Assembly: GCA_964187785.1 (NCBI GenBank)
Contig: OZ076409.1
Span: 92,134,001-92,198,000, forward strand
Direction: 5' to 3'
DNA from: Amphiscolops sp. MND2022
Taxonomy: Eukaryota
DNA: 64,000 bases
In this document: piece after piece, positions 38,471 to 50,475 of the stretch
Layout of the letters: each line of letters starts with the position of its first letter
Position numbering within the stretch: position 1 is the first letter of the stretch
Notes under the pieces: generated by a model
The model's database searches: none
The model's input: the letters and a program-made list of their open reading frames with translations, nothing else
Told to the model about the DNA's origin: nothing
Program-made: the position numbers and the translations under genes

Positions 38471-40179
38471 GAGTTTTTTAATATTGAGGTGGATTGTTTA
38501 TCCTTGGTCTCGTTTTGTCCAGGGGACGCTTCGTCTTGTTTGGCGTCCTCCAGTTTGAGGTTCTTGGGCTTGAGGTGGGCTCCGGCGCCTTTCCAACACC
38601 GTTCCGCCGGGTGATTTGTTTTGCCGCAAGTCGGGCATTTAGGATATTCTTTTTTAGTATCCTGTCCGTCGTTGCGCCTTTGTTCCTCCTTTCGTTTGAG
38701 TTTCCTGCAGTCGTCTTTGACGTGGCCAGGTTTTTTGCAATAATTGCAAGTGATATTGGGATCAATGCCCGATGAAAGGAGGCCAGTGCCCGGTCGTGTT
38801 GCTGTAGGGGCAGTGGACATTGTAGGTACTGGAATGTCGTCACCTCCCTCAAGTCCATTAAGCTCAAGTTCACGTTCTAAATGAGTGACAATTTCCTCGT
38901 ACGATGCATTTTCAAGTCTTGCCATATTGACGGATCTTTTGAGTTTTGGAGGCAATTTGGCGTACAATAGGCTGTCTATCATAGCTTGAGCGTTCTCACC
39001 GAACGCTTTTTCTGCACCCTGATTCAATTCTTCAAGGAAATCGGGCAGTTTCATAGTGTTTGGGTCAAACACGAGTTTGTGCCATTTGTGTTTGGCAGTT
39101 GCTTGGGATTCTGGTTTGACGTATTTGCGTCTGAAGACTGCAAGTACATCTTCCAAGGTCTGCCTATTAGCGGTGCTGATGTTGCGGAAAGTTTGTAGGG
39201 CATTCTTCCTCAACAAAGAGTGGAAATGGTTGATTTTCATGGTCTCGGTCATTTCCGGTTGCATCTTTACCATAGTATGGAAAAGATCTTCGAAGAGTTC
39301 AAATTTCTCCGATTTGCCATCGAACGTCAATGTAGTAGTGCTGACAGGTCTTACCATCAGTGTCTGCGTTGATGATTTGTTGTTCAGTCCGACCAGCACA
39401 TCTGCAAGACGCCTAATGGGGTCTGAACCATCGTTGACGTCTGTCTCCTGAACCGGAGGGACATTTTCTAAGGTTTGAATTCGTGGGGAATGGGAATTTT
39501 GTGTTTCTTCGCGGGAATGCATGGGCCGTCCAGTAAGGAATTCAGGAACCGTACGAGGGGTAGGTTTGGCTCCTGTCACCATGTCGTGACTATTGGTCAT
39601 AATGTCTTCTTCATGACCATCGTCACTAGACTGAGAATTCTCTGAATTTCTCCTAAAGTAGTCTTGTCGACTACTGGTTGCCATATTAAGCTTTGAGTTA
39701 CCTTTCCAAGCGTTTTTAACGAATTTCGCTTCGGTGGTCCTGTTAAGTCCACTGGACCTCTGGTCCACTTCTTCCCGAAACACTGGATTTTGGTTGGAAA
39801 CCAAGTTTCTAATATCAGGCAAAACCTTTTCAGTGATTGCTGAATTAATGACATCAACCAGCTGAGAATTAAGTTCTCTTCTCAGTTCATCAATTTTCTT
39901 TGTAATCTCAGAATTAACGAACCTCATAGTCTCAACCGTCGATTCACTATTTTCTTTACTGTTTGAGTTTAAAAGTGACCTGAAATCCTCACTATTTTGC
40001 AGTGGGTCTTCTCTAGTCCTATCTGACCCTAGGTCTATTTCACCATTCCTATCAGAGTCATTTCCTAATTCATTTCTTGGATATGATCCAAGCATTACGT
40101 CTAAGTTTTCTGTATCAGACATGATGTCTAATTGCCTAGAGCGTCTTTCCTTAGCTCTTTGCTTTCTAGTAGAAGGCAT
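38461..40179 (-). CDS. gag: Element A Gag, 572 aa, two CCHC zinc knuckles
   Basis: CNYCKKPGHVKDDC and CPTCGKTNHPAERC; directly upstream of pol. Confidence 0.95.
   Translation of the reverse strand: MPSTRKQRAKERRSRQLDIMSDTENLDVMLGSYPRNELGNDSDRNGEIDLGSDRTREDPLQNSEDFRSLLNSNSKENSESTVETMRFVNSEITKKIDELRRELNSQLVDVINSAITEKVLPDIRNLVSNQNPVFREEVDQRSSGLNRTTEAKFVKNAWKGNSKLNMATSSRQDYFRRNSENSQSSDDGHEEDIMTNSHDMVTGAKPTPRTVPEFLTGRPMHSREETQNSHSPRIQTLENVPPVQETDVNDGSDPIRRLADVLVGLNNKSSTQTLMVRPVSTTTLTFDGKSEKFELFEDLFHTMVKMQPEMTETMKINHFHSLLRKNALQTFRNISTANRQTLEDVLAVFRRKYVKPESQATAKHKWHKLVFDPNTMKLPDFLEELNQGAEKAFGENAQAMIDSLLYAKLPPKLKRSVNMARLENASYEEIVTHLERELELNGLEGGDDIPVPTMSTAPTATRPGTGLLSSGIDPNITCNYCKKPGHVKDDCRKLKRKEEQRRNDGQDTKKEYPKCPTCGKTNHPAERCWKGAGAHLKPKNLKLEDAKQDEASPGQNETKDKQSTSILKNSKN
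38464..38479 (-). promoter_or_regulatory. Tandem -1 ribosomal frameshift heptamers (A AAA AAC x2)
   Basis: TTA AAA AAC TCA AAA AAC TAG at the end of gag; pol is in the -1 frame and open through both sites. Confidence 0.8.
39570..39581 (-). other. Primer binding site TGGTGACAGGAG (tRNA-Leu-like), inside gag
   Basis: Immediately follows the 5' LTR; starts with TGG; resembles the complement of tRNA-Leu 3' ends (TGGTGTCAGGAG). Confidence 0.75.
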
Positions 40180-41327
40180 TGAAGAAATATTTGCTCAGGT
40201 AAGAGTATATTCGAGCTTGTATCAAATATCCCAACTTGAACTGAGTATTCAAACAATAACAGAACGATATATCACTAAAGCAGTCTACTAAAGCGAAGGT
40301 TGACTTGTAGTCTCAAAATGATTAGAACACTGATGGTGATAGATAGCGGTGAGTTGTAAGTTTGTAATCATCAATAATCGTCAAGATTCATCCCTTGGGA
40401 CTAGTGGTCCCCGTATTTATAGTCCTTGCATCATGACATGCAGTAATATGTATAGTCATGTTACTAAAATTAGCAACTTACATACTAACGTCACTATGAC
40501 GTAATGCTGTCAAACTAAATATAGACACAAGTACGGGCAAAAGGCCCTGGGAAGTTTACGTCACATGTTCCTGTAATTCTAAAATTAGCATCTCTACGTG
40601 TATTAGATCTAAAAATAGATAAAGAGGAAGGAAAATGGGGGGGAAGAGGCAGTACGCCTTTCATATTAATGACAGCAAGACTTGTGCTGAGCTCATACTT
40701 ATATGCGCCAATAGTATTGCACTTAGTTAAGATTAATAATCATCAAAGTAAATACACCGACAATAAGTGGACCGGCAGTCTAATATGACTTGCGTCGCCG
40801 CAAAGGCCAGCAAGTAAGTGAATAAGAAAGCTCGCATGTGATTGGCTAATTAAGGTTGCGGACTACGCGTTCGAATTGACCAACGCGGCGGACAATTCGA
40901 ACGCGTTTCCTTTACCTTGCCAGTTATCTTGATTATTACAGCTACATTTCATCGATAATTAATACATTCTGCACTACTGGTTTACATGTAGAATACACAA
41001 GCATAAAGACGTGAATATATATATAAAGTGTACATGCGCAGCGTATAAAATCAACAAACAGAATACAATGAATGCTATATCTATGTAATGAATACTAAAA
41101 TGCAATTGGTACTACAAGTCATACTAAGACCAGTGGACCTTCGGTCCGTAATAGCATAAATTCACATTCTAATTGTTTGTGAAAAAAATAGAAGTCTTGC
41201 ACTAAGTTTCCCAGCAGATCAGCGGTATACGCGGCCTAAAGTGGCAGTGTTCCTGGCATATATCTCAAGTCGTTCTCATTCACCATCACTTGGTAGCTGT
41301 TTCCATCACAGGCGGCAGCCTGCGACA
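39582..41327 (-). repeat. Element A 5' LTR
   Basis: Direct repeat of 24907-26652; followed by the PBS. Confidence 0.97.
40414..40421 (-). promoter_or_regulatory. Probable LTR TATA box (TATAAATA)
   Basis: Consensus TATA ~235 nt upstream of the gag ATG, with several TGACGT (CRE-like) motifs upstream. Confidence 0.6.
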
Positions 41328-43434
41328 CTATCAACTAAAAAACATATTGGACACTGGAACGAATACGCGTTAAAAGAGCTATTACTGTTAGCAGTATTTC
41401 GTCTCCTGGAGCATTTACGTCAAACCTAAACTCCCTCAATCTTCAGCAGAAACTATGCGTTTTGCGAGCATAGATGGCCACTTTTTGTTTCTTCTTCACT
41501 ATACGACTTAGGTTGAAAAAGTGAAAAGAAATTTTGAAAGAAAATAAAACATTTTGTCACAGTTTTTGGTTTTTTGAGGTTTTCTGTAAAAGATATATAT
41601 CTCCCAAGTCTTGAGGGTGACATCTTTGTTGCTTTTTGATCGTGTGGAACTGATGACTTTTCTTCATGATTGTGATAAAAAACTTTCTCCGGCTCTGTGT
41701 GTCTTTTTCCTGAAGTTTCATTTGGTCAAAAGATATCTGGTTTCGGCCAATGAAAAAGTTAGTTTTGCGAGCTGAAACTTTTTTCGGCACTATGAGACGT
41801 TTTCAAAAAAATTGGCAAAGAAATACTTTTCAAAGCGGGTTTTTTGTGGTTCCAGTTGGTGAAAGAGTTCCCCAGGTCTTGCGCGTATGCCTTTAGGTTA
41901 TTTCGGCACTGAGAAATTGATAAGTTTTTAAAATAGTGTCTTTTGCATGTTCAAGAAACTTGATTTTGAAACTTCAGCAGGGCACCGACTTTGACTGCCT
42001 ACGGCTCGTTTATTCTAGTACGTGGTAGCAACGATGCATCATATCTTTGAACTCTGAGAGAATTACCCAGATCTCAAACAATAAAGGTGCGATCAAAAAA
42101 GTGCAATGCTCAGCCTAAAACAATCAACCATTTCATTCGAGTCATAATATTTTTGAGTGAGTACTCCCGAGTTATGTAGTCAACTCAAAAGACCAGGTTG
42201 AAGGACTGTGATCCTTCTTATCACTTTTCAACTTTTCACCTATGCACTTTTCAACAGAGTTGGTTCACGCCGTGAGAAATTACGACTAAGCGTCCTCTTT
42301 TCGTTTTTTTTTGGCTCTGTGCGACATTTTATGTTTAAAAATGTCATTTCACAAAATGTCATTTCAAATTAATATCGTTGGAATATACTCGACCTATTGC
42401 CGGCTCAGGGGGCAAAGATTTTTTGGATTCCCAAAATCGTTAAACTAGAAACTGGTTGTGAGTTGTTTCCTCAAAAGTTGAAACTTATAATTTTGCAATT
42501 TATTTGGCGGCATTTCCGTACCGTTTGGTTTATATGACGCCATACAAATCAGCGTGTGCCACAGTGCAATAATTGACGAAGTAAATAATCTACCGATATT
42601 CCAAAAGGACGAAAGCTGAGCCGTGAGCTCTATCAGAGGTCTTCACCCTGGGAAGTTTTTCCGATGACCGGATTCACCGTCAAAGTTCATGTCTCTCTAA
42701 ATGTTTTTTTGTTCTTTTCCTAAAGTTTATCCCATGATCTACTTCTTGTTCAACTGTAATTTCATGGTATTGGTTCACGGATTCACAGCTCAAACGTTTT
42801 TTACCTTAAAAAACATAGGCTTTCTTTTCAAGAATTTTCAGAAAACTTTCAACAATTTAGGCAACAAATTTAGCGGGCTTGTTGTTTTAGACGGAGAAAA
42901 TCTCGAAGAAACTGAAGGACAATGATTGCAAAAAAAGTTTGGCCAGTTGCGTAGGCGTATACACCAATAACCAAGTCATTCAAGATGTGTTCAGTCACGA
43001 AGGTAGAATTGCAGCAAATTGGACAACATTGATAGTAGAGGCAAGTTATTTTATTTTATTTCAGCCTTGTTCCATGTATTTATTTACAGTACTGTGATTG
43101 GTGACTACTCCATTCGTAAAATGTTCATATCTTCGAAAAATAAAAGCTATTCAAAGCGTCGAAAGAATTCTTTATCAGAATACTCGGGGCAGTAATGTGG
43201 AGCCTTACTCTGTACGTTTATAATTTGTACTTTTACCCTTTTTTTGTTTCTCGCCGTACTCACTCCAGTCGGCTGGATGAACACGGTGTTCTTCATTTCT
43301 GTTACTTCTTCTGGGTGACCGCACTGTTCCAGCGTTTCAGACTGTTTTCACACTTTTTTGACGACATCCGGCACTTGCAGTGCAATTCGTCGCCTTTTCA
43401 ATTGTATAGGAAGGGAAATGGACGACAAATTTAT

Positions 43435-43960
43435 GGGGTCGATAATTGAGTCCCGCGACAATTGAGTCCCAAATAATTCAAATCCATTGGAATAAAGTTT
43501 AGTGCTAATTCTAGCATAATTAGCAAGACGTTTCTATAATTTACCGACCAATATACTTGATTTCTTCTACCAATATAGTTGACAATTACTATTGAAATAA
43601 ATGTGATGTGAGCTAATTGTTAAATGTCAATCATGAATGATTTCCAATATTATACCAAACAATTGATTTGGGACTCAATTGACGCTTTTTGCAGTTAGGA
43701 CTCAATTTGTTTTGGGACTCAATCGTTGCCTCACCGTATGGGAACTACATGTCTTTGGATTCGACCGTCAATTGCGTAGAACGACATTTCGTCCCAAACG
43801 ACAATTCGTCCCAAGCGACCAGTTGGTCCCAGCGTCAATTCGTCCCAATCGACAATTCGTTCTGATTTTCAAAAAGCGACAATTTGCCCCAAGCGTCAAT
43901 TAGTCCCATTTTGAAAAAGCGTCAATTCGTCCCATTTGTAAAAAGCGACGATTAGTCCCA
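43435..43960. repeat. DNA-transposon subterminal-type short repeats (ATTGAGTCCC inverted set; CGACAATTCGTCCCA tandem set)
   Basis: ATTGAGTCCC at ~43446-43470 and GGGACTCAAT at ~43670-43723; about 8 copies of CG(A/T)CAATT.GTCCCA at ~43781-43960. Confidence 0.6.
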
Positions 43961-44078
43961 AATTGTTTAATTGATCAGCTAATTAACAACCTTTGGAAGA
44001 TTGAAATCAAAGAAATGAACAAATAGTTCTAAGAGTAGACACGTTTGAGTATTGAATTTTATTCTACTAGTCCTAAAA

Positions 44079-44244
44079 TACTGAAGAATGTGAAAGAAGA
44101 TTATCCAGTTTGACAAAAAAGAGAAACTATTAAGTGGTGTTGATTTTTGATACCCGCATCTAGAGGCAGGTACCAAAAATCAACACCAATTAATCGTGCC
44201 TCTTTTTTGTCAAACTGGATAATCTTCTTTCACATTCTTCAGTA
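44079..44244. repeat. Long near-perfect palindrome (foldback/MITE-like), TA at both ends
   Basis: ~75-bp arms TACTGAAGAATGTGAAAGAAGATTATCCAGTTTGACAAAAAAGAG.. and their reverse complement. Confidence 0.85.
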
Positions 44245-44687
44245 AATCTGCTGAAATACATTCTTTCAAGCTGCATTAACCTTTTCCCCTATTCTTACTA
44301 ACCAAGAATACAACAAATATTTTCACAATCACAAAAAGGAAAAAAGTTAATAGGAATTTGGGACCATGTCATCTATCCCCCCCAACTGCGGCAGGGGGGA
44401 AATATGAGAGAAGGTTCATATACCATTATGTCGACATCCTTTGCGTTGAATTTTGGTCCAATAAAATAATTGATGTCGACATAATCCTATCCATTACATC
44501 GATTTTCAGTTAAAAGTTGCTCATTAGATTTTATAGCGGACAAAATTTTGCGCTAGAATAGGCGCCTTTTCATACGATTTTAGCTTGTTCAAAACCTGAA
44601 TTTCTGCTATTTTGGACAATAATATCAAAAAATTTTGGTAGTTTTTTTACCTGAAGTGTCCAAACAGTTGTAGACAACCTTCTAAGT

Positions 44688-46807
44688 TGTGAAGTGTTTG
44701 GTTAAAAATGGTTTTTCTTATTTAGATTTTTGATGCATGCGCTTTGCGCTGGTGATTTTTATGTACGAGTTCAATCAAGAAAAAAAATAATTCTCAATTC
44801 ACTTTCAATTTACTTTCTGAAGTAATTATGTGAGTTCGATCAAGAATAATTATAAGTATCAATTATGGTCTAATTTGTAAACTCTTAGTTCACTTCTCGT
44901 CTAATTTCTAATTCCAAATTTAAAAATAGTCTCGTACTTAAAATTTTTGCGACTGTGCCTTCCTACACTTCAGCAAAGGTTGTCTCAGGTGTGAGTTTGG
45001 ATGGAAGGACTTTATTTCTACGACCCGGGAGAAAAGTGTATTTTGGTCTATGAATATGTAAATTGAATCTTTCCTTATTTATATAAAAGTTGTAACAAAT
45101 GTCACTCATACAAAAGCAAAGTGCACAAATAAGCATGAAGAAAAAGAATATGATTAAATCAAACTTGAAATCTATCTTTAAATAATAAGAGATAAGTTGT
45201 TAGAAAAAGATTTAGTTATTAAGTTGCTTTTATGTTTTACCAGATCAAGAGGTGAAGCCTCTTTATAAGATGCAGCGATAGCTTGCAATGTGTTTATAGT
45301 CCACTGATTGTCACGGACTGAAAAGAGAGCTACTTGCTTCTCTTGATTAAAGAACAACAGATTGTTGTACTGGTATTATAGAGTGCTATACGGCTACTCT
45401 TTGTCTCAAATTGAGAACAGTTCGTCTTGAAGAGTCAAACAAAATCTAAGTTATTTAAGTCTCCTATAACCCAGCTGAAGCTGTGGTTTTTAGTTTAGAG
45501 TCAGTGAATATCACCAGACTTTGGTTTATAGTCTACTATAAAGCAGACACTATTCAATCTTTGATAAACAAAGACGGTATGATAGCTTCTGTTCGAAGTC
45601 AAAAGTCAATTAAAACTCCAACGTAAGAGAAGATTTGCTTTAACGATGAAAGCAGATTTTTGTTTTGTTTTAGATTGAAAATAGTATAAGACTAAGACTT
45701 AGCTTGCATTTACTTGAAGGCAGATTTGAAAACAGTTAAAGATATAAATTGCTTCAATATTATAGCAGAGTTTAAAAGCTTAAGACTTAACTTGTTTTGG
45801 CTCGGAAATATTTTAAGATAAAAATGCTTTACTTGAAAGCAGGTTGGAAATACTCTAAGACAAATTTGCTTTAACTAGAAAGCAGGCTTGGCAAAAGTTT
45901 AAGTTAAAATTGCTTCACTTGAAGCAGCGTTGAAAATCGTCTAAGACAAATTTGCTTCAACTAGAAAGCAGGCTTGACAAAAGTTTAAGTTAAAATTGCT
46001 TCACTTGAAGCAGCGTTGAAAATCGTCTAAGACAAATTTGCTTTAACTAGAAAGCAGGCTTGACGAGAGTTTAAGATAGATTTGCTTTACTTGAAGCAGT
46101 GTTGAAAGTCGTCTAAGACAAGACTGAGCCAAAACTTGTAAAACTTTAAGAACAATTGATAAAAGTTTAAGTTAAGAAGTAGATTGAAAACTTAGACAAA
46201 ATACACAAAGACTAAAATGAGTTAAAGTTAAAGTTTAGAAAAGATCTTTGAAAAATGAAAGCTCCAAAAAGAAAACTGAAATGGTTTAACTAACAAATGT
46301 TGCGCCGCGCTGAAGATGGGGATTGAACCTGTGAGTGAAGATTGTAGAGTTGAAGATGAGTGATTCATCAATTTAGTATTTTGCCAAAGGAAGAGCTTTG
46401 AGATTTGAAAATTTGGTCTGCTTTTTTACTAAATTCGACCGCTTTGTCAACCAATAAAATTGAATCATTACTGTGATTGGCTGACGAGCATGACGTCATA
46501 TAACGTCAAGTCATATGATCTGACAAACGAGATCATTTTGTATGTGTAATTCGTGGGCGAAGCGTCCACGAGAAAATGATGTCATTTGACGTCATGACCA
46601 AATATGGAATGTGTCCGGCGTCGCTGGACAAAGGGAGTGAACACGTTCGAGCGTGTTCAGAATTCAGAGCTGAGTGAGAAAATAGCAAAGATAAAACTGC
46701 GCAAGTTACAAAAGATAAAACTACATGTTACAAGTTTTGAGTTTACTTCTTTTTGGATTTTGACGGTAAGTTTCTTTCTTTTTGTTTGCCATAAGTTGCA
46801 CACGACA
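44688..46807 (-). repeat. Element B 3' LTR (2120 bp)
   Basis: Direct repeat of 61374-63319 with scattered substitutions and extra internal tandem units. Confidence 0.95.
45629..46120. repeat. ~44-bp tandem repeat inside LTR B (fewer copies at 62309-62630)
   Basis: Units TAAGA.AAATTGCTT(T/C)A....GAAAGCAG. Confidence 0.85.
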
Positions 46808-46865
46808 TCTCACCCGGGTTTCAAGATTAAGGAAATTGTAACGTGGGTACACAGGTTGTTGTTGT

Positions 46866-48310
46866 TCATTTTGTTTCTTCCAGATTGACATCGATGAACA
46901 TCGTGTCATTTAGAATGAATGGGGAGTTGTTTTTGAAGAGTTGGTTGTGTGGGATCAGGAAGGGGAAGCATATGCTCGGGTTCCCATAGCTTGCACAAGG
47001 TCGTATAAACAAGCTGAATTTTGGTTGTCTTTTGGGTCTACTATTTTTGTCCAGGAATCATTCGGTTCACTCAAACTGATTACATTAATCCGGAAGATTA
47101 ATTTGAAAGGCCAAGAGAGAATTGGGTCGAACTCACCAGGAAGGATGTTAATTACAAGTGAAGCGCTTTCCCCAGTAGCAGGAGAACATCCATAAGGACA
47201 GAGTTTCATATCGAACCGGTACCCGTGAGTTGACGTGTAGAACGGAGGACTGTGAAAATTACAAGGTATTTTGGGGTGAGGGTCGATACCATTTTGCCTT
47301 TCTAATTCAGCAGCCTTTGCGTTGTCAAACATAAGGCTGAAGGAGCTAATTCTCCAGATTAGCTTTTTGTCTCTTCCGCAATCAATGCTGTGAATACGAT
47401 CATAGAGATCCATTGTTAGGCGTTTGAGGGGTTTCAGTTCAGCAAGTCGTCGCTGTGTATCTGTCGATTCGGGCTCAGTCGGAGGAGGAGTAGGAAGAGG
47501 AGTATTTACAGGTTGTTCAACAGTATATGTTTTTGTCTTCTTTTGAAGATCTTCGACGACAATTTGAAGTTGCTGAATGACTCTGTCCTGTTGCCTTCGT
47601 AGGCTCTTTTCATGCTCAAGTTGTTCGAAGAGGTTTGCAACTTGTAATTGTGGTGCATGTAGATATTGAGCATTTTCGAGGTTGCTGAGTGGGAACTTAC
47701 TAACGAGCATTTTCATCTGGGTAAGGTCGTCGTTGGTGCTTGTAGGTTGGCTGAGATTTGTTATTTGATTTTGTAGTGTTGTAATTTCATTTTCCATGGC
47801 GGCTAATCTAAGGTTGAGTTCTTCTAATAATTGTTTCTTCATTTTGTTTTCAAATGAAAGCAGAGATAGCCCGAAGGGGTACTGATAGTCTCTGGTTTTT
47901 AAGAACCGTGTTTTCAATAGTGAATTCTGGTCTTTTTGAGTCCCAGAAAATAAGTCTCCACTGATTGACTTCTTCTTTGAGAGTATAGTGAAGTAATAAT
48001 GAAATCTGGGATTTCTGGTTATCGAGTATTTTTGAGCAGCTTCTTCGCTTCTTTTTTGTTTTTCTAAAGCTTGTTTCAATGAGTATTGTATTTTCTTCTT
48101 TTTAATACTACCGTTAAAGACAAACGTATTAGAGCTATTCGGAGGCGTAACAGTGGCGTCTAAAATTGTTTGATTGAGTGGTAGTTGAGGGATAGGAAAT
48201 TCACATGAAGTGAAGTCAAACATAGGAAAATCGAGTATGTCCTTCTCTGTTAGAGTGTCTTTTGAAAGAAGAAGTTCCAGATCTGATGAAAGAGAGGTGT
48301 GGTCGGTCAT
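46866..48310 (-). pseudogene. Coiled-coil plus TRAF-C (MATH) domain ORF, one frameshift near 47007
   Basis: LIWRISSF..HSPPFYTSTHGYRFDMKLCPYG..SLVINILPGEFDPILSWPFK; the alternate frame continues IRPCASYGNPSICFPFLIPHNQLFKNNSPFILNDTMFIDVNLEETK*. Confidence 0.88.
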
Positions 48311-48336
48311 TCTTTGCTAAAAAAAGAATACAAAAG

Positions 48337-50475
48337 TTAAATTGGTGATATTGTATCTAATCGATTAGTTGCTGGCAGACGATTTATGACGGGGTAGATG
48401 TGTTCAGAAGCATCTTGATTGTCGGTACTGAATGTTGTCATGGGAATATCTTTTGTAGTAGGATTGAACATTGAATGGAAGATTGAAACCATAAAAAGAT
48501 TATAAGTTGCTGATAGTAGAATTTTACCAAATCCAACAGATGCTCCAGTAAGTCGGTGTATTTTAAAGGCTCTGACAATAGTTACTGTCACATCAATAAT
48601 TAGTTTTTTAAAAAGGAAAACTGCAAACCAAATACCACATTTTTCTAGCCAGTATCCAATTGTGCCAAATGTTTGTCTAAATTTGCTTTCGAAGTAACCA
48701 GGAGATATCATGTTATCAACAAAGAAGTCCATTTTGGGTGCGTAGTATGTATATCCTTCAGGTCCTTTCTTTGATTGTGAAGGAACAATGAGCTTTCTTG
48801 TGAATTTCTGCAAAGCATTCTGTGATGCAGAACTCATGAGTATGTTGTCCCAAAATTCAGTTAGCTGGCCTTTCGTGTACATTCCAGCGTTGTTTGATTG
48901 AGGAAACTGATCCCTTGTGAATGGTGCCACATCTTTGGCGAAAAGATAGCAGGTCTATCTCTTCGTGTGATTTGTGGTGTTAGTGAAAACCAAGAGTTCT
49001 TGTCGTCCATATCCATTTAAAAAAGGTTTTTAATGTAATCCGAACAGTTCTGAGTCATTGCATCAAGTAAAGTTTGCCTTGTGATGGGATCTACAAATTT
49101 GATTTGTCTTTTGTAGAAGATAGGTATTTTATCGTAGCACTCGTTCATCGTATGAAGAGGTGATTTGCCTAGAGGGCAAGAGTAAAGCCATGCGAGGCTT
49201 CCATCAGTTTCTAAGAACATTGATCTGTTTCCAGTCAACATATATCCAGCTAATCTTGAGTTCTCAAGTGAAAGCATCAGAATGGTGAGTATGTGCGATC
49301 GTTCTTGTTCACACTGATTTTTCAAAAGATGAAGTTCTGAGGTTTTGAGTGCTCTGGAGCTCTCAAAGAAAAGGTAGTCCAGTTTAGTTCCCTGTTGTAA
49401 TTCGTAGTCCATGTTCAACCATGTTCCATAATATGGGTCTGATTGATAGTTACTAGCAACCCAGAGTTTACTATGGCCTGGTTCATCTCTTTCTTGATCA
49501 TTAGGGGAATAGAGCATCTTGTGAACTCTGTCCTCTTGTTGAATCATATTTTCAAACGTCCAGTTTTCATGTCAAAGCCACCATAAAGGATGGCAACAAA
49601 CAAAGATTCATAGGTTGTAGGATATACATCTGATGGTTTATTACAAAGCTTTTGTGGTCTGTTTTTAATTTCAAAGAGGTGTTTGTTTTCTGAATCGTTC
49701 TTGCTAACAATATAGTATTGATCGTCATTTTGATCATATTTACGTACTCCTCTTTCAGTACGGTGAGGATACAATTATCTGGATTGTCCCATACATAAGC
49801 ATATGGATCAAGAGAAGTGCTGTCACATCCCAGTTCGTCTAGCTTGCAGGGTAGAGGTTGTCCATTCCTATTCATTATAGTCCCGTCTCTGAGTTTGACG
49901 TTCAGAGTAATGTCTTGGATGTGAGTTTCAAAAGTGTCTTTTTCAATCCATTCAAAACCATCGCATTCATTTTTGAATGTGTCGTCTGCATCGCCATTCC
50001 ATCTAAGATGTTGTTCAATAATCCTTTTCTTCATTGTAATTTGATGATTTAGTAGAGTAATTGGTGATCCTTCAGCTGCAAGTCTGCATTGTGCAGGCGA
50101 TAAATCGAGATAGGAGGTAATAGTCTTTTGTTTGATATCGATACTGGAATGGTCATGCATTCCACAATAGAATCTGTTTCTTTGAAGTTTGACGCTGCAT
50201 ATAGTAGCGTTACTTTCGGTTCAAAAATGTTTTGTGTACTTCTTGACTTTGGCATGGCTCATGTCTATGTTCTCAGGAGCCACGTTGCAAAGTTTGACTT
50301 GGTTGAGAGAGTAGAGATTGTTTTCTGACATTCCACTGCAATCGTAATGTGAGACTGTGACTGTAGATGCGATATCAACCAGTATGGGCTGCTTTTTGTC
50401 GGCGTAGATGAGATTTATTGAAATTATCAAAATGAAAATAACAAAATATTTACAGTATATCTTTTCACTATCCAT
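48337..50475 (-). pseudogene. env: env-like glycoprotein, chuvirus-type (class III-like), frameshifted
   Basis: Signal peptide YFVIFILIISINLIYA; HYDC; YVWDNPDNC; CEQER; LYSCP..CYDKIPI..FVDPITR..C; C-terminal TM segment; 5-6 fragments. Confidence 0.8.

Larger units (their letters stand above)
24907..41327 (-). mobile_element. Element A: full-length, very young Ty3/gypsy LTR retrotransposon (16.4 kb) with extra cargo genes
   Basis: Two 1746-bp LTRs TGTCG..CGACA; TSD CTATC (24902-24906, 41328-41332); PBS; PPT; gag; PR-RT-RH-IN order. Confidence 0.98.

Noticed and set aside
34186..39451. Many short plus-strand ORFs over element A gag-pol
   Set aside because: Antisense shadows of long coding frames with no independent features.
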